Below the pieces are notes generated by a model, which saw only the letters and a program-made list of their open reading frames with translations, was not told the DNA's origin and did no database searches. Both the position numbers and the translations under genes were made by a program. A stretch of 64,000 nt of DNA, taken from the NCBI GenBank assembly GCA_026023565.1, contig JAPETS010000008.1, positions 310,001-374,000 of the forward strand, read 5' to 3'. Positions 1 through 11,771 of the stretch are shown here, piece by piece (the first letter of the stretch is position 1; the number at the start of each line of letters is the position of its first letter). Source of the stretch: Cirrosporium novae-zelandiae. Taxonomy: Eukaryota.

Positions 1-202
1 GGGATCTTCCAGAGCCAAACAGACCAGTTTCCAGCAACCATAGCTCGTCCCAGTCAAGGATGTGGATATGGTTAACCAAATGTCTGGTATGGCTAGGGCT
101 GAGTGCCATTTATGTGGTTGTGGCTGGTCGCCGAGGTCAGTGGAACAGGACCCCGAAGGGAAAGCTGCTTGTTGCTTGCTAGCAGTGTTAGTTAAATTCA
201 GT
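1..202 (+). ncRNA. Candidate structured non-coding RNA 3' end (possible telomerase RNA), truncated by the window edge
   Basis: Nested stems read by eye: 7-11/141-145, 22-29/122-129, 34-42/113-121, 43-46/101-104, 47-50/96-99, 52-56/90-94, 64-69/80-85, with many G.U pairs favouring the + strand. Followed by ATAAGT (203-208), ACTAAC (230-235) and TAG (244-246). Confidence 0.4.
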
Positions 203-1430
203 ATAAGTAATGCGATATATAATTAATTCACTAACTATCCACATAGCGATTGAACATTTTTATCAAGCAAAAGAGGCATCTATTTAATACTATCCAATGG
301 ATTATCGTAAAGGAGATGTATAATATATTATTTATGCTAATGAAGATTGAGTGGAAAAATCGCGTACTCGGAGTGATTAGTGCGGTAGGTTAACAAGTCA
401 TTTGGTCAGCTTACTACGTGACTACCCGGATACGGTTAATTAGCTTTGAATGAAGTTTAATCCAACCACCATCCCACAAACCTCCAAGAATAGCCCAAGT
501 TCCCCGGCAACCCCGATCATCAACCTCGCCGACATTGAGAAAATATCAGTTTGCCAAGCTCTCCTATGCAGTCAATACATGGTGGCGTCAACTTGATGAT
601 AATGCATCACCTAAGAATGTTCATAATGCAGTCATGGACCCCGAACCGGAGAGGAATATAATATAACAATATCAAGTAGCCTCTACCAGGCTCATAATAA
701 TTATTTCTCCTAACATGATGATATTGAAAAATTTCGAATGAAAGATAATGAATGTTTTATTCACGTTACTCTTCCGCCAAGTGGATATTAGGAATCCGCC
801 TTCGCGTTTGCTCTTCGCTGTCCTGTCATTCGCTCCTCCAAAAATTTCGTTTGTTTATATCCATCACAAGTTAACCTGTTTGTTCGTTTGCTTTGTCTAT
901 ATAACCACTCACTTGATAGATACCTTCCATCGCTACTACACAGATACTTCCAGTAGGCAAAATTTAATTCTAAACTAGTTCGCCTCTCTATATGATTGAA
1001 TGGTTGTCTATCTTTGTCTTTTCTTCTCTCTCTCTATATATCATATGATACTATCCTATATCCCTATTCGTTTTCCCGAGGTGAAGAAAATTGATGGCAA
1101 AAAAATTCTACTACCCACCCATTTCACACCCAACAGGCAGGCAGTTCACGGTTGAATACAGGCATGGACCACATTTTAATACTCCCGATGTCATGTCTGG
1201 TATATTATATAAGGAGACCTCTCCCCTTAGTCATTAGACCACCATCAACACAACATTGCTACAAACCACCTCCCAGCATCCTGATTCCTAACGAGCATCC
1301 TCCTAAAGAAACGATCTACAGCAACCCCTCTAACCAAGCTATCCACTCACCAAACTCTTACTCTACTATATCTTCGGCCTAATAACTCTAACATACTCTC
1401 CCTAAAAACAACAAAAAAGAACAAAAAACC

Positions 1431-1697
1431 ATGTGCCTCATTTCAATAATTTTCTACACTCACTGCCCCTGCAAAACTCGACAATGCGTCCACATCTGTA
1501 AACGCGCAAGATACCATCTCCCATGCCACCAATCAAGGAGCTATTCTACGAGGCTGGGTGCGTGTGGTACGATACATCGGAATCGGAATCCTCATACCCA
1601 GATGGATGGGGCTGGAGAGGGAGGCAGTTCTAACCGTAACCGTCACCGTAATAACGGCGGTGATGGGAGTCGCTGGCGTGAGAGGGCAACACGCTAA
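1431..1697 (+). CDS. Small Cys/His-rich hypothetical protein (88 aa)
   Basis: Strong start context CAAAAAACCATG, upstream TATATAA (1206-1212) and a C/A-rich leader. N-terminus MCLISIIFYTHCPCKTRQCVHIC..., followed by an Arg/Gly/Asn-rich tail. Confidence 0.45.
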   Translation: MCLISIIFYTHCPCKTRQCVHICKRARYHLPCHQSRSYSTRLGACGTIHRNRNPHTQMDGAGEGGSSNRNRHRNNGGDGSRWRERATR

Positions 1698-2330
1698 ATT
1701 TCTAATGAATCAAGTCAAGGCGTTGGTTGTGGTCATAGGGAGGGGGGGGGATAATGAAGGAATGATATTGGTACTCGGATTGTACAGTACTATTACAAGC
1801 ATACAGCATGGAAGAGCATAGGAAAAGTAACAAGGTTATACAAATTTGGATATTAGATACCCTGTCGATCTTATGACATTAATATTAATATTAATACATT
1901 ATGAACATTATTTCATGATTACCACAAATCATTCGTAAGATACATACCAAAACGGTAATTTATTTCAAAATTCATTATAATGATTTGCAATGTGGGTGGA
2001 AAGATCATATCATTTTAGGACCTCCCCCCCCCCCAACCAGTAAACCCATCCACTTTCTTACCCCCTATCCCAAGACCAAGAACCTAATACACAAAACCTC
2101 AAACACAAGATAAAACCACCATCACCACAACATCCAACCCAACCCAATCTCAATCTCAAACCTCAACCCCCCCATACCTCCCCCAAATCTTAAACTAAAC
2201 CCTCCAAAACCCCCAAACACCATTCACCCATGTATCCCTTTTCCCCTCCCCCCCCATCCCACCAAAAGTCAAAACCCCTCGCCCCTTATGTACCATAGCA
2301 ATCTATTTCTATTTCTATTACCATAAGTCC

Positions 2331-2350
2331 CATACATACATACATACATA
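2331..2350. repeat. (CATA)5 microsatellite
   Basis: catacatacatacatacata seen directly. Confidence 0.9.
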
Positions 2351-2983
2351 ACCCTTGCAAAAATGAAATGTCTCATCCCCTGATTCCTGATTTCCTTCCT
2401 TTCTGATAACCTAACTTACTAGGTAGCTGAGTTTGTAGTTTAGTTTTGCACTGTGGGGGGTTAGGGGGTTTATGGGAGAGTTGTGGTGCGTATGGTATAT
2501 GGGTAGGGTGACGATTTGGATATCTGTTGCTGCTGGTTTATGGTGATGATGATGGTGATGGGATTGGTTGGAGCGTATGTGCGTATATATGTATATATAG
2601 ACCCATATATACATGACTTGTACATGTACAGTACATAACAAATAAATATGCACATATATAATTTCCACTAGGGATAAAAAATAAATAATAACAACCCATG
2701 ATCAAAGGGATCAACTTTTTTGTAATTTTTTCAAAGCCGCTCCCCCAACTTATATAAAAGTAGGTTGCTAGAAAGAAGAATCCCACCAGGACCAAGCCCA
2801 GTCAAGTCCAGCCCACACACATGATATTAATTCCATCGCTTTTCTATCCTCGCTTTATCTATCATCGATACCCTTACCACCGTCACCTTCCTCCCACGTC
2901 TCCACCCCCCCATCCCCGCCTTCCTATCCCACAATATCATACACCCCCCCTCCCCTAAACCCCTATCGACCGATAAATATACC

Positions 2984-4987
2984 CTAATTCTCCGCCTCGG
3001 GCGGCGCGAATCGAATCCTCCATCTCTTCCCACAAATCTGAGTCGCTAAGATTGCAAACCAACTTGCAGCTAGGATTGCGGCCTGGCAGCCGAAGGAGAC
3101 TCCGGCCCCGTTGTGGGCGACCCAATCGTACTGAAAGTAGGTTACGCAAAAACCGCCTGGGAAATTTGTTAGTAGTGAGCGAGGTAGGAGTTTGAGGAAG
3201 GAGGGAGAGGGTTGTGTTGTGCTGAGTAGGGCTTTAGGGGTTGTGATTAGATTGGGGGTTGTTAGAGTGGTCAAAGAAACGGTTGTTGTGAAAGGGGTAT
3301 TAAAGCTGTGGATGGCACGTACCATTCGTCCTCCAAAAATTAACCATCGAAGATGCCAACGCAGAATGATGCGGGAAAGCATCCACTGCATACGAAGAAA
3401 TAGCAGCCGTAGTCGACAAGGTCGCAAAAGTCATCATCGCCCACGCGAACGCGATCGCCACCCAGCTTAGCTCATGTTGCAGCGCCTGTCCATAAAGTAC
3501 CAGCGCTACAATTCCAAACACTGTTGAGGGATACACAGCCCACAATCTGTTTTCGGGATTGTATTCGCCGTTGTGTGTGCGGATGTAACGGTGGAAGAGG
3601 AAGTCATTGAACCAGTGACCCCAGGTTTCGCCTAGTACGGCACCAATCATGGGCGCGAAGTAGAGCATAGCAAAGTTCGTGGTGCTGAAGAGGTAGGGAG
3701 GCGCGAGGATGAATTGAGACATTGTAGAGGTGATGCCGATGCCCCACATAAAGATTATCATTGTAAAGCAGGCGGCTATTTTAAAGAAGTTAGTAGGTGG
3801 CCATGGGGGGGGAAGATTGGAGGTAAAGGGGAAAGGAGAAATGGCTTACTGGGGAAAAGAATCTGAGGGCATATTCCAACTTGCCAAAGATGCTTGCAAA
3901 CAGCCCACGGCTGTGGCCGATCTGGCACTTTGGCTCCGCCGATGAAGAATAACTGTGAAAGCCTGCCTTGCGAAGATGCGATCTCCCGAGCTTTAGGGCT
4001 TTCGCGATCATACAGTGTTTCTTCTGAGAGGAATAATGCAGCGATTGTGGAAGCACCGTAGAAGCCAGCGAGGACGCCGAAGTCTGCACGCCAACCGATC
4101 TGCAGGGAGCAGAGGATTGCGATGAAGGGGCCTAGGAAGGGTCCGATTAAAAGACAGAACGCCCAGATATTTATTTTTCGTGAACGCTCTGTTGGCTATT
4201 AGCAACCAGTTCCTATTTGAAGAAAAACAGCTTCTATTCTTACCATGGAAGAAGAACATGTCATTGATCATTGTCAGAGCCACGACTTGAGGTGCTGTTC
4301 CAAAGAAACCTTGGAGTGTTCGAAGAGCTGTAAAGCCTGCATAGGTTGGAGCAAAGGTGGCTCCGATGACCATCATGCAAGCTAGGAATTGGGACCAAAA
4401 CAATACGGGCATTCTAAGGTAATGGTATTAGCCGTCATGAAGTCGTTGGCGTTCTCGAAAAAAAAGGAAGATGCTAACCGTCCATATCGCTGAATGAAAG
4501 GTACAGCTAGAATACCACCAGCTCCTTGAAGGAACATACCACCACTTGAGGAATCTGATACGTCGGTAACAGACATATTCCATTCAATGGCCTGAGACTC
4601 GTAAAGAACGGTACCCCACAACATGCCCCAATCTGTAAGCAGAGAGGGCAGAAGAACGGAAATAAAGACTTTCCACTTCCTTGCCGTGGACCAATTTAGA
4701 GGATCTGCTGGATCATCTGACGGCTGCGGGATAAGAATGGTCTTTCCGTCCTTTGTTCTCTTCGGCGCATCTGCATCACTATTGTCGCTCTTCTCTTCTT
4801 CGCCCACGGTATAGGTACCGACCTCCTTGAGATGCAGATCCACGTCATGGTGACTGGTGTGGCTACTGGTATGACTAACAGCCTTTTCAAGGTCGGTGCC
4901 AGTTGTTTTTGCAATATCGGCTACCATCCTGCCATCAGTGGGGGCTTTCTTGATATTAGGCGTGGCATTATTATTGGTCTGTTCCAT
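2984..4987 (-). CDS. Major facilitator superfamily transporter (fungal 12-TM, DHA1-like), 5 exons
   Basis: Exons 4987-4479, 4413-4244, 4188-3850, 3775-3323 and 3156-2984 join in frame at GT-AG sites. Motifs ILIPQPSDDPADPLNWS, RYGRMPVL, DMFFFHERSRKINIW, EETLYDR, PENRL, SYAVDAFP. Confidence 0.9.
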
Positions 4988-6200
4988 TCTGTTGATTGAT
5001 CCAGTCAATTGAAATAAAAAGGCTAGTCACAGAGATAGAGAAGTTGACTGAGGGCTTGCTCTTAAGTGAGTAAAATGTTTTCGGGTAAGAAAATAGAAAG
5101 AAAAAAAGAAGCAAGTTTGAATGTAGGAAATCGGTATCTCTATATTCCGCCCACTTCCTGATGCTACAAGGATTAGGACACACGTGTGCGTAAACAAGAT
5201 CATAAGTTTGGTTTGACCAATTGATTCACGTTGTTTCAAAGTATGTATCTACTGATATATTGAAACATTAAATGAAAAGAAAACGTCCAACTCTAGAGGC
5301 CGGCAGTTGTACCTCAGAGGAAATATCGCCGAGGTTGATGATTTGAAAGTCCTAGTAGCGTAATGAAATTTTGATATCCGCGACCCAATAATTGGAAAGA
5401 AAGAGTGTTCGCCAGCGTGCAGGCCCTAATGGATGTGATATTGGGTGATGTTGGGGCTAAAACGACCCTGAAAGTAACTGAGCCGTGACTTCGTTGATTC
5501 ATGGTAAAACGTGATACTTAATATGTATTAGACATGCTGGGATGAAGAATGGAGCATAGGTAGTAACTAATTGCAGTAATATTTATTCACTCTCCATATG
5601 GTCCGCAGGAAGCTTAGACAAAGATTGGTAGTTGGCACCGGAGATGGATGATTTCCTCGTGTGGAAGGGTTATTGAAAGCTAACTGACAAAGATTGGATC
5701 ACCCAGAAAGGCAATGGTGCACAAGTAGTGGTGGTCTATCGCTCAAAAATTGGACGACTAGAGACCCAATGGATAATTATCGCATGTCTACCACCATTAA
5801 GTAGAGCTAAAATGAACTCGCATAGAGATGTGCATGATAGGTTGGACGAAGGCTTGCAGGAATGGATTACAAGGTTGTATCTGTGGGAGTCTAGAAAAAG
5901 GAAGAATATCGATGTGGAGATGTTAGGAAGATGGCATCGATGTTGATGCTTGCAGAGACTAAATAATTAGACTAAACTCAATAGGGGCTTTTAAGCGGCC
6001 CGTGCCGCACTGATGCATATCCAGCTACGCCAATAGTGCTAGCTCTTACTATCGGAACGCCTTCCACCCGTTGACTGGCCCCCTGACTCTAAAGTTTAAT
6101 CATTGACTACTTCTACTACCACTACTACTACCACCCTGACAACCCCCAGGCTGAAATCCATTACGCTAACTATTTCATATACTATACCAGGTTCATCACC

Positions 6201-7608
6201 CTATGTCACTTTAATAGCTTCAACAATGCCCTCTCTACTTGGAGATACCCAAAAGTTTATCACCTTTAGCCCTGCTTTCTCCAAGAGCTCCTGCCACTCC
6301 TTCTCACTCCGCTGTCGTGCTGAATGCAATGTCATCATCCCTAGATCTAGCCCGGCTGCTCGTAGAGGACATTTTGTACTAGGTAGTATAAAGTCACTGA
6401 TGAGGAGCCTAGAGTAGTTCGGAGCCATGACAGGAACCAAATTAGACAAGATCTTGAGACATTCAGGATCCGACCAGTTATGGAAAATGTTCTGGAAGAA
6501 GTATGCGCGAGCCTTTTGAACGGGCTGCGGAGTGAAGAAGTCGTACTTAACACGGCAAATGTTCTCATCAAGCTCGCGGATGTCATTAATGACCTCGGGT
6601 CTGTCCTCCAGAGTTAATTTCCCAGGGACATGGGGAACTTTGGTTTTGACCGCCAACACCGCCTGTCCACGCCCTCCACCAACATCGATGAACATATCAG
6701 GGCTGAGGCTTTTGTCAAACCCCTGGATTAGCTGTTTCTCGATGGGATAGAATTCGGTCCAGGGCTTAGAAGTTCCGAATTTGCTGGTCATGAATAAGTT
6801 GAAGCCCGTGATAACCTCAGGTTTCGTTTGCCAGTATGCGTAACTCTCGAGATCTGTGTTGAACGCATACTGAAGCGGTCCGGACTTTGAGTCGGCAGGG
6901 CACTTGAACCCATTCTTCTTGAAGTATTCGGGCATGCTGCCCACTGTCACCAGACCTTGATCGAAACTATTATGTCAATTGTCAGCTAACAAGATACAAA
7001 CAAAACTTCAATAGCCACCATTAGCAACTTACAAGTGTTTGATACCAGCCTGGACACCTTTGCTTGTCAAATGTCTTGTTATAGCCGTCGCTTCGTAACA
7101 TTCTTCTCCTGCTTCTCCCACAAAGCCCATTGCAGTAAGATCTCGCATTATGCGAACTGTTTCCCTTCGATGTCAGAAAAAGTAATATAGACCTTCCGGT
7201 ATAATAGTAAATAGGAGCATTTCTCACTAATTAAGGCAGATTCACTTTGGGTCTGGCTAGCTAGCTCCGAGGCGGTGATAGTGCCATTCTTGTTGGCAAT
7301 TATATCAAACAGCCCAATTTCAACACCCAGCCTCACACACATGAAATTATAAGGCTACATATTTGGTTAGTCCAAGTGATCTCCCAGTACCGGGTTTTGA
7401 TCTAAAGATGGAGACTTTCTATACTTACGGAAAAGGAGAGAAGAGCTACAGCCTCGTCAGGCGTTTCCAGCGCGGCTGTTAGCTTCCTCGTGGAATCCAA
7501 CAAAGTCACGCGAACATCTTCATGCTTAGTGATAGAATCAGGATCGCTCAGTGCTCGATTTATATTTTGAAGCAATACCGAGTCGTTGAAGGAGTCATTG
7601 GTGGACAT
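6201..7608 (-). CDS. SAM-dependent O-methyltransferase (Methyltransf_2 / fungal secondary-metabolism type), 4 exons
   Basis: Exons 7608-7429, 7354-7228, 7156-7033 and 6966-6201. Motifs FIDVGGGRG, YDFFTPQP, YFFQNIFHNWSD, RSEKEWQELL, plus an N-terminal dimerisation region VRLGVEIGLFDII. Confidence 0.93.
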
Positions 7609-8239
7609 GATGAATTTTTTCTTTCCCGATGTGCCTCAGGGTTTGGCCGGAATAAATGATTCTAGTATTGTAGAGAGAAGAGAAATTGCAGCGTCCACAC
7701 ACTGTTATCATTCTAGCGTTTCCATCTACCCTAGAACCCTAGAACCAGAACCACGTTCCCATCTAGAACTACTTTCCTCGGAATGTGGCCGCGTCACTTT
7801 TATCGGCACCAATCGGATTACGACCCCAGATAATAATAATACACCGGGGGTTGTTCTGAATTTATTATTCCACAATGACTGAACTTAACTCAGTTGAGGT
7901 ATTTTCCGGGTTGCATGGCTTAAATGTATATCGATTTATATGAGGAGACGCGGGAAGGGCAGGGGGGAAGCGCCATCGGAAACGGTAACGATGGTTCCTG
8001 AATTTTGAAGACAAGTTAAAACTTCCAATTAACCAAATTAGATAGGAGTCTAAAGTGAAATGGTTTCTTCCTTCGTGTTTCATAGTGAAAAGTTGAGTAT
8101 AAATTCTATTTATTAATAATATTGGCGTCTGCATCGACATCTAGATTCTATAACCCATGCGAGATCTAGTCTATCATGTCAAAGCGTTGAAAAATGAGAT
8201 GGTGAAAAAGTCTATCCGTGAATCTGTGGGGCTTCCATC

Positions 8240-8288
8240 GGGGCTTTGGGGGTGTTGGCCGGGGGGAAGTGGGAGTGGGGGGGGGGGG
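8240..8288 (+). other. Potential G-quadruplex-forming sequence
   Basis: Five G-runs within about 50 nt, including a G12 tract at 8277-8288. Confidence 0.55.
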
Positions 8289-9301
8289 AGTAACCAACGG
8301 TCAGGGATAGTACTAGGGTGCTAGGGTTACAATATGCTCCGAGTGTCCGCATATCCAGATATGGAATGGAACCTTCCATCTTCCAACAACCTCTAAAGAA
8401 AAAAAATTCCATCAATATCGCAAATTGTTATTGTTATTATCATTATTGTTGTTGTTATTGATCCTAATGCCTAGAATGTCTATTGCCAAGAATTCTAGTC
8501 ATGGTTCACGCCCATTAATGTCACAGTAAGATGCAGCACGTTTGAAGCATTATGATGCCGCTACAATCAAATCCAACGAATCCAAGTTCCTGGCCTCCAT
8601 CCTTCAACATTTATCCCCATACTCCGAGGGGCCGAGCGTAGGTCTGTTCTTGGATTTGGTTGGCGGAGGTCGCCTCAAATGGGAAGGTATAGCAACCATA
8701 CTCAAAGCATGAACTCCATACGAGATATCTATTTCTCTTCTGTTTTTGAAATATCTTTTCAAGGATCTGTGAAACCCCAAGCCGTGCAACTGTATAGCCA
8801 TGCGACACGACATACGCAATCCAGAAAAGAGTTAGGAACATAGCAACGGTTGCGGTAGTAAACTCAACATTACCTATACACATTCCAACCGAAATAGTCG
8901 TGGCACAGCAGGGCGGGAGAAAAATATTAATGCCGCATATGCATATAGATTAAACTACTGGATGCGTGCAGGAACCCCTGTAAGCCTTGACTTTCCCATG
9001 GATCAATATCCCACAATATCCCATGTGAACACACGGCGAGTCAATCCGAGTGCCATGTTGTTGGGGAAGAGGTGTCCATCCGAGAATGAGATGCTCAAAC
9101 CCTTCAACCTTCTTATCACTTCCCTTAGCGACCAAAATCATTAATATTCTTGTCGATCGTTCCTTCGTTTGGTTCTCTCGTCTCACCGAACATGCCATGG
9201 GTTGTGGATTAGAGTTGTCATGTCCTAAATTTTATTCTTCACTCAATCTTGAATTTAGCTTTCGTTGTTGATCCGTGCTTTGCGCGACATCTATCATCTT
9301 C

Positions 9302-10871
9302 ATGTCTTATATTCCAAAGCCAACGGAGGGCGATGTGTCGATAGGTGATTCCTCCAAGCTTGAGGCACAGAAATTGAAGAGAAGATAAAATGAAGTATCA
9401 ACGCTGACATGGAATATTAGCGCCCTCCCTGCTGGAATCTGCCTGGACCCTATATACCGTTTCTAGTGTCATTATAGCATTGAGATTAGCAGCTCAGGTG
9501 AAAGTATTCCGTCGCTTTCGACTTAGTGATTATCTCATGGTTTTGTGTCTGGTAAGTGACTATTCACAAATTGTTCTATTCCAGAAAAGTAGAAAGCTTA
9601 ATGTCAAAACAGCTTATTGGGATAATAAATATATCCCTAGCAACTAAAGGGACAGAATGGGGACTCGGAAGACATTACTACTATCTTAGCACAAAGGAAA
9701 GAATTATGGCTATAAAATATGAATATCTTTCACAACCTTTTGGTACGTATATTCTTCCTCGTCTCGAATTTTGCTACGGAAATGATTCTGAGACGATAAG
9801 CCCACTCTTTACTAACAAATTTCTACTCAGGGATTGCCTGTCCAACATTTGGCCGTATTTCATTTGCCGTTTATATGCTTGGTCTTATCGGCCCGGTTAA
9901 ATGGCGCCGTTGGCTGCTTCATGGCTTGATCTGGTCCCAAGTCATTGTCAACTCTGTAACCATCATCCTAATTTTCGTGCAATGTGAGCACGTAGATGCA
10001 ATCTGGGATCGTGAGGGTGCTGGAGGCTGGTGCTGGGACGCTTCTGTCAATACGGATTTTGGGTACTTTCAAGGAGGTAAGCGAGATTCGTATTTTATCA
10101 TTGCACTCTCCCCCATGAGAGGTATAAGAACTAATCAAATGAATATGTGCAGCGGTAAATTCACTTACCGACTTTCTGCTAACGATTATGCCTACCGTTA
10201 TGCTTTGGAACCTCAAGTTGGCAATGAGACTGAAGGTAGGATTGGCTGTATTGCTAGGTCTAAGTGCTTTGTAAGCTCAATCTACATTTATTTTCAGTTC
10301 AGGGTCATTTGATTAACCAGCTTTCTAGTGCCATGATTGCTTCGATCGTCAAGACAGTAGAATTGCGAGGTATCGCAGACCGTTATGATTTCACTCGTAA
10401 GATTTCTCCAATTGACTCCTATTCAATCTAGACCTAAACTAACAACACACACTAGACAACATGATCAGTTTCATAATCTGGTGCTCGGTCGAAAACAACA
10501 TCGTCATGATATCCTCCTCCATTCCCATGATTCGCCCCCTCTGGGTCCGCCGCAAAGGCTCCTCCTACGAACTAGGCACCTACGTTTCCGACCCAAGCGG
10601 CTACGGCGGCGGCACCCGAGGCCGTCCGCATACGCACCCAGACCCTCAAACCGTGTATGCGTCTCCGCGGGTTTTTCATAAGCCCGCCGCTGTCGTCACG
10701 GGATCTGGATCCAGGTCTGCGGACTCGCCCTCCAACTCTAGCGAAGAGAATATCCTGGGGACATCGGGACACGGTCGTAACATCATCAAAAGCACGACAG
10801 TGGCGGTGGAATACGATAGGGATGATGGGAGTCATGGCACGGGGAAACAGGTTCCATCGTATGGGTTCTGA
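9302..10871 (+). CDS. PTH11-like / fungal rhodopsin-domain integral membrane protein (no CFEM domain), multi-exon
   Basis: Spliced product MSYIPKPTEGDVSIAPSLLESAWTL...RLAAQVKVFRRFRLSDYLMVLCL...WGLGRH...FGRISFA...IFVQC...WD...C...TDFLLTIMP...W.L......K.G...LGL...W.SVENNIVMISSSIPMIRPL, matching the family pattern. Ser/Gly-rich cytosolic tail. Confidence 0.85.
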
Positions 10872-11682
10872 GACCCCCTCCTTGATTTTTTTGGTTATAG
10901 CTGGAGAGGGGCTCATCTGAGGCTAGTAGGTGCAATTCTGCTTCTTGGCTACGCCTCGAATGAATTGTTTTTGTTCTTTCCGACAAGAAGATGTATATAG
11001 GGTCGGGATAGGGAACAAGCAATGGTATTGGCAGCTCGAAAAGGGCAACGGCAACGGACAAAGGGTGGGGGTGAAAAAGGGGGGGCTCAAAAAGAACAGG
11101 TATGGATGGATTTGAAACGAAGGATATGGAGGATTTTATGTTTCTCTCCTATGTTGGATTATCTGCTTGAGAGGCACTGTTTTATTTAATGCTGTACATT
11201 GTACATTATAACCCACCCTTCTTCACGCATCCCCTTTCGTGAAACTATGTTTTCTTGTGAACTAGAGAAGAGGTAATCGTCCAATTCTTAAAAGTTTAAC
11301 ATTCTTATTATTAACAAATATTATCAAAATTTATCGTTCGTTCACTCATTAACGCAATGTTAGGGGCCTTTTATTATTATCGTTAAATATTCAACACATA
11401 TATTATGGTGTAGCTAGGTCATATAACCAAACACTTGATATCCATGTCCTTTTCGCTTAAGACAACTGAAAGTGTTGTAGGCTCGCCTGTGACAATATAT
11501 GTATGTGTTAAGGATTCATTATAAATATAATATATATACGTTCGAAAAGTAATTCATCTATCATGAATATGCATATATCCAAAAACCCAGTGAGGGAAAA
11601 ATAAACCTCTATTTAAAGGATATTTGATGCACATTTTACGCCATATTTAGACATTTGGTATCTGGTAAGCGTGTGGAGGTTT

Positions 11683-11698
11683 GGGGGGGGGGGGGGGG
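11683..11698. repeat. G16 homopolymer
   Basis: 16 consecutive G followed by ccgggggccg. Confidence 0.9.
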
Positions 11699-11771
11699 CC
11701 GGGGGCCGATGGAAGGGGTATATATCCCAAAAAAAAACGTTTCCAACCAAAAAAAAATTCCAAAACAAAAA

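Noticed and set aside
2411..2795. Minus-strand ORFs with a poly-His run
   Set aside because: They arise from low-complexity (CAT/CAC)n and TA-rich sequence downstream of the MFS gene, with no family motif or good start context.
8604..8883. Short minus-strand ORFs in the O-methyltransferase/PTH11-like intergenic region
   Set aside because: No recognisable domain or consistent splice structure.
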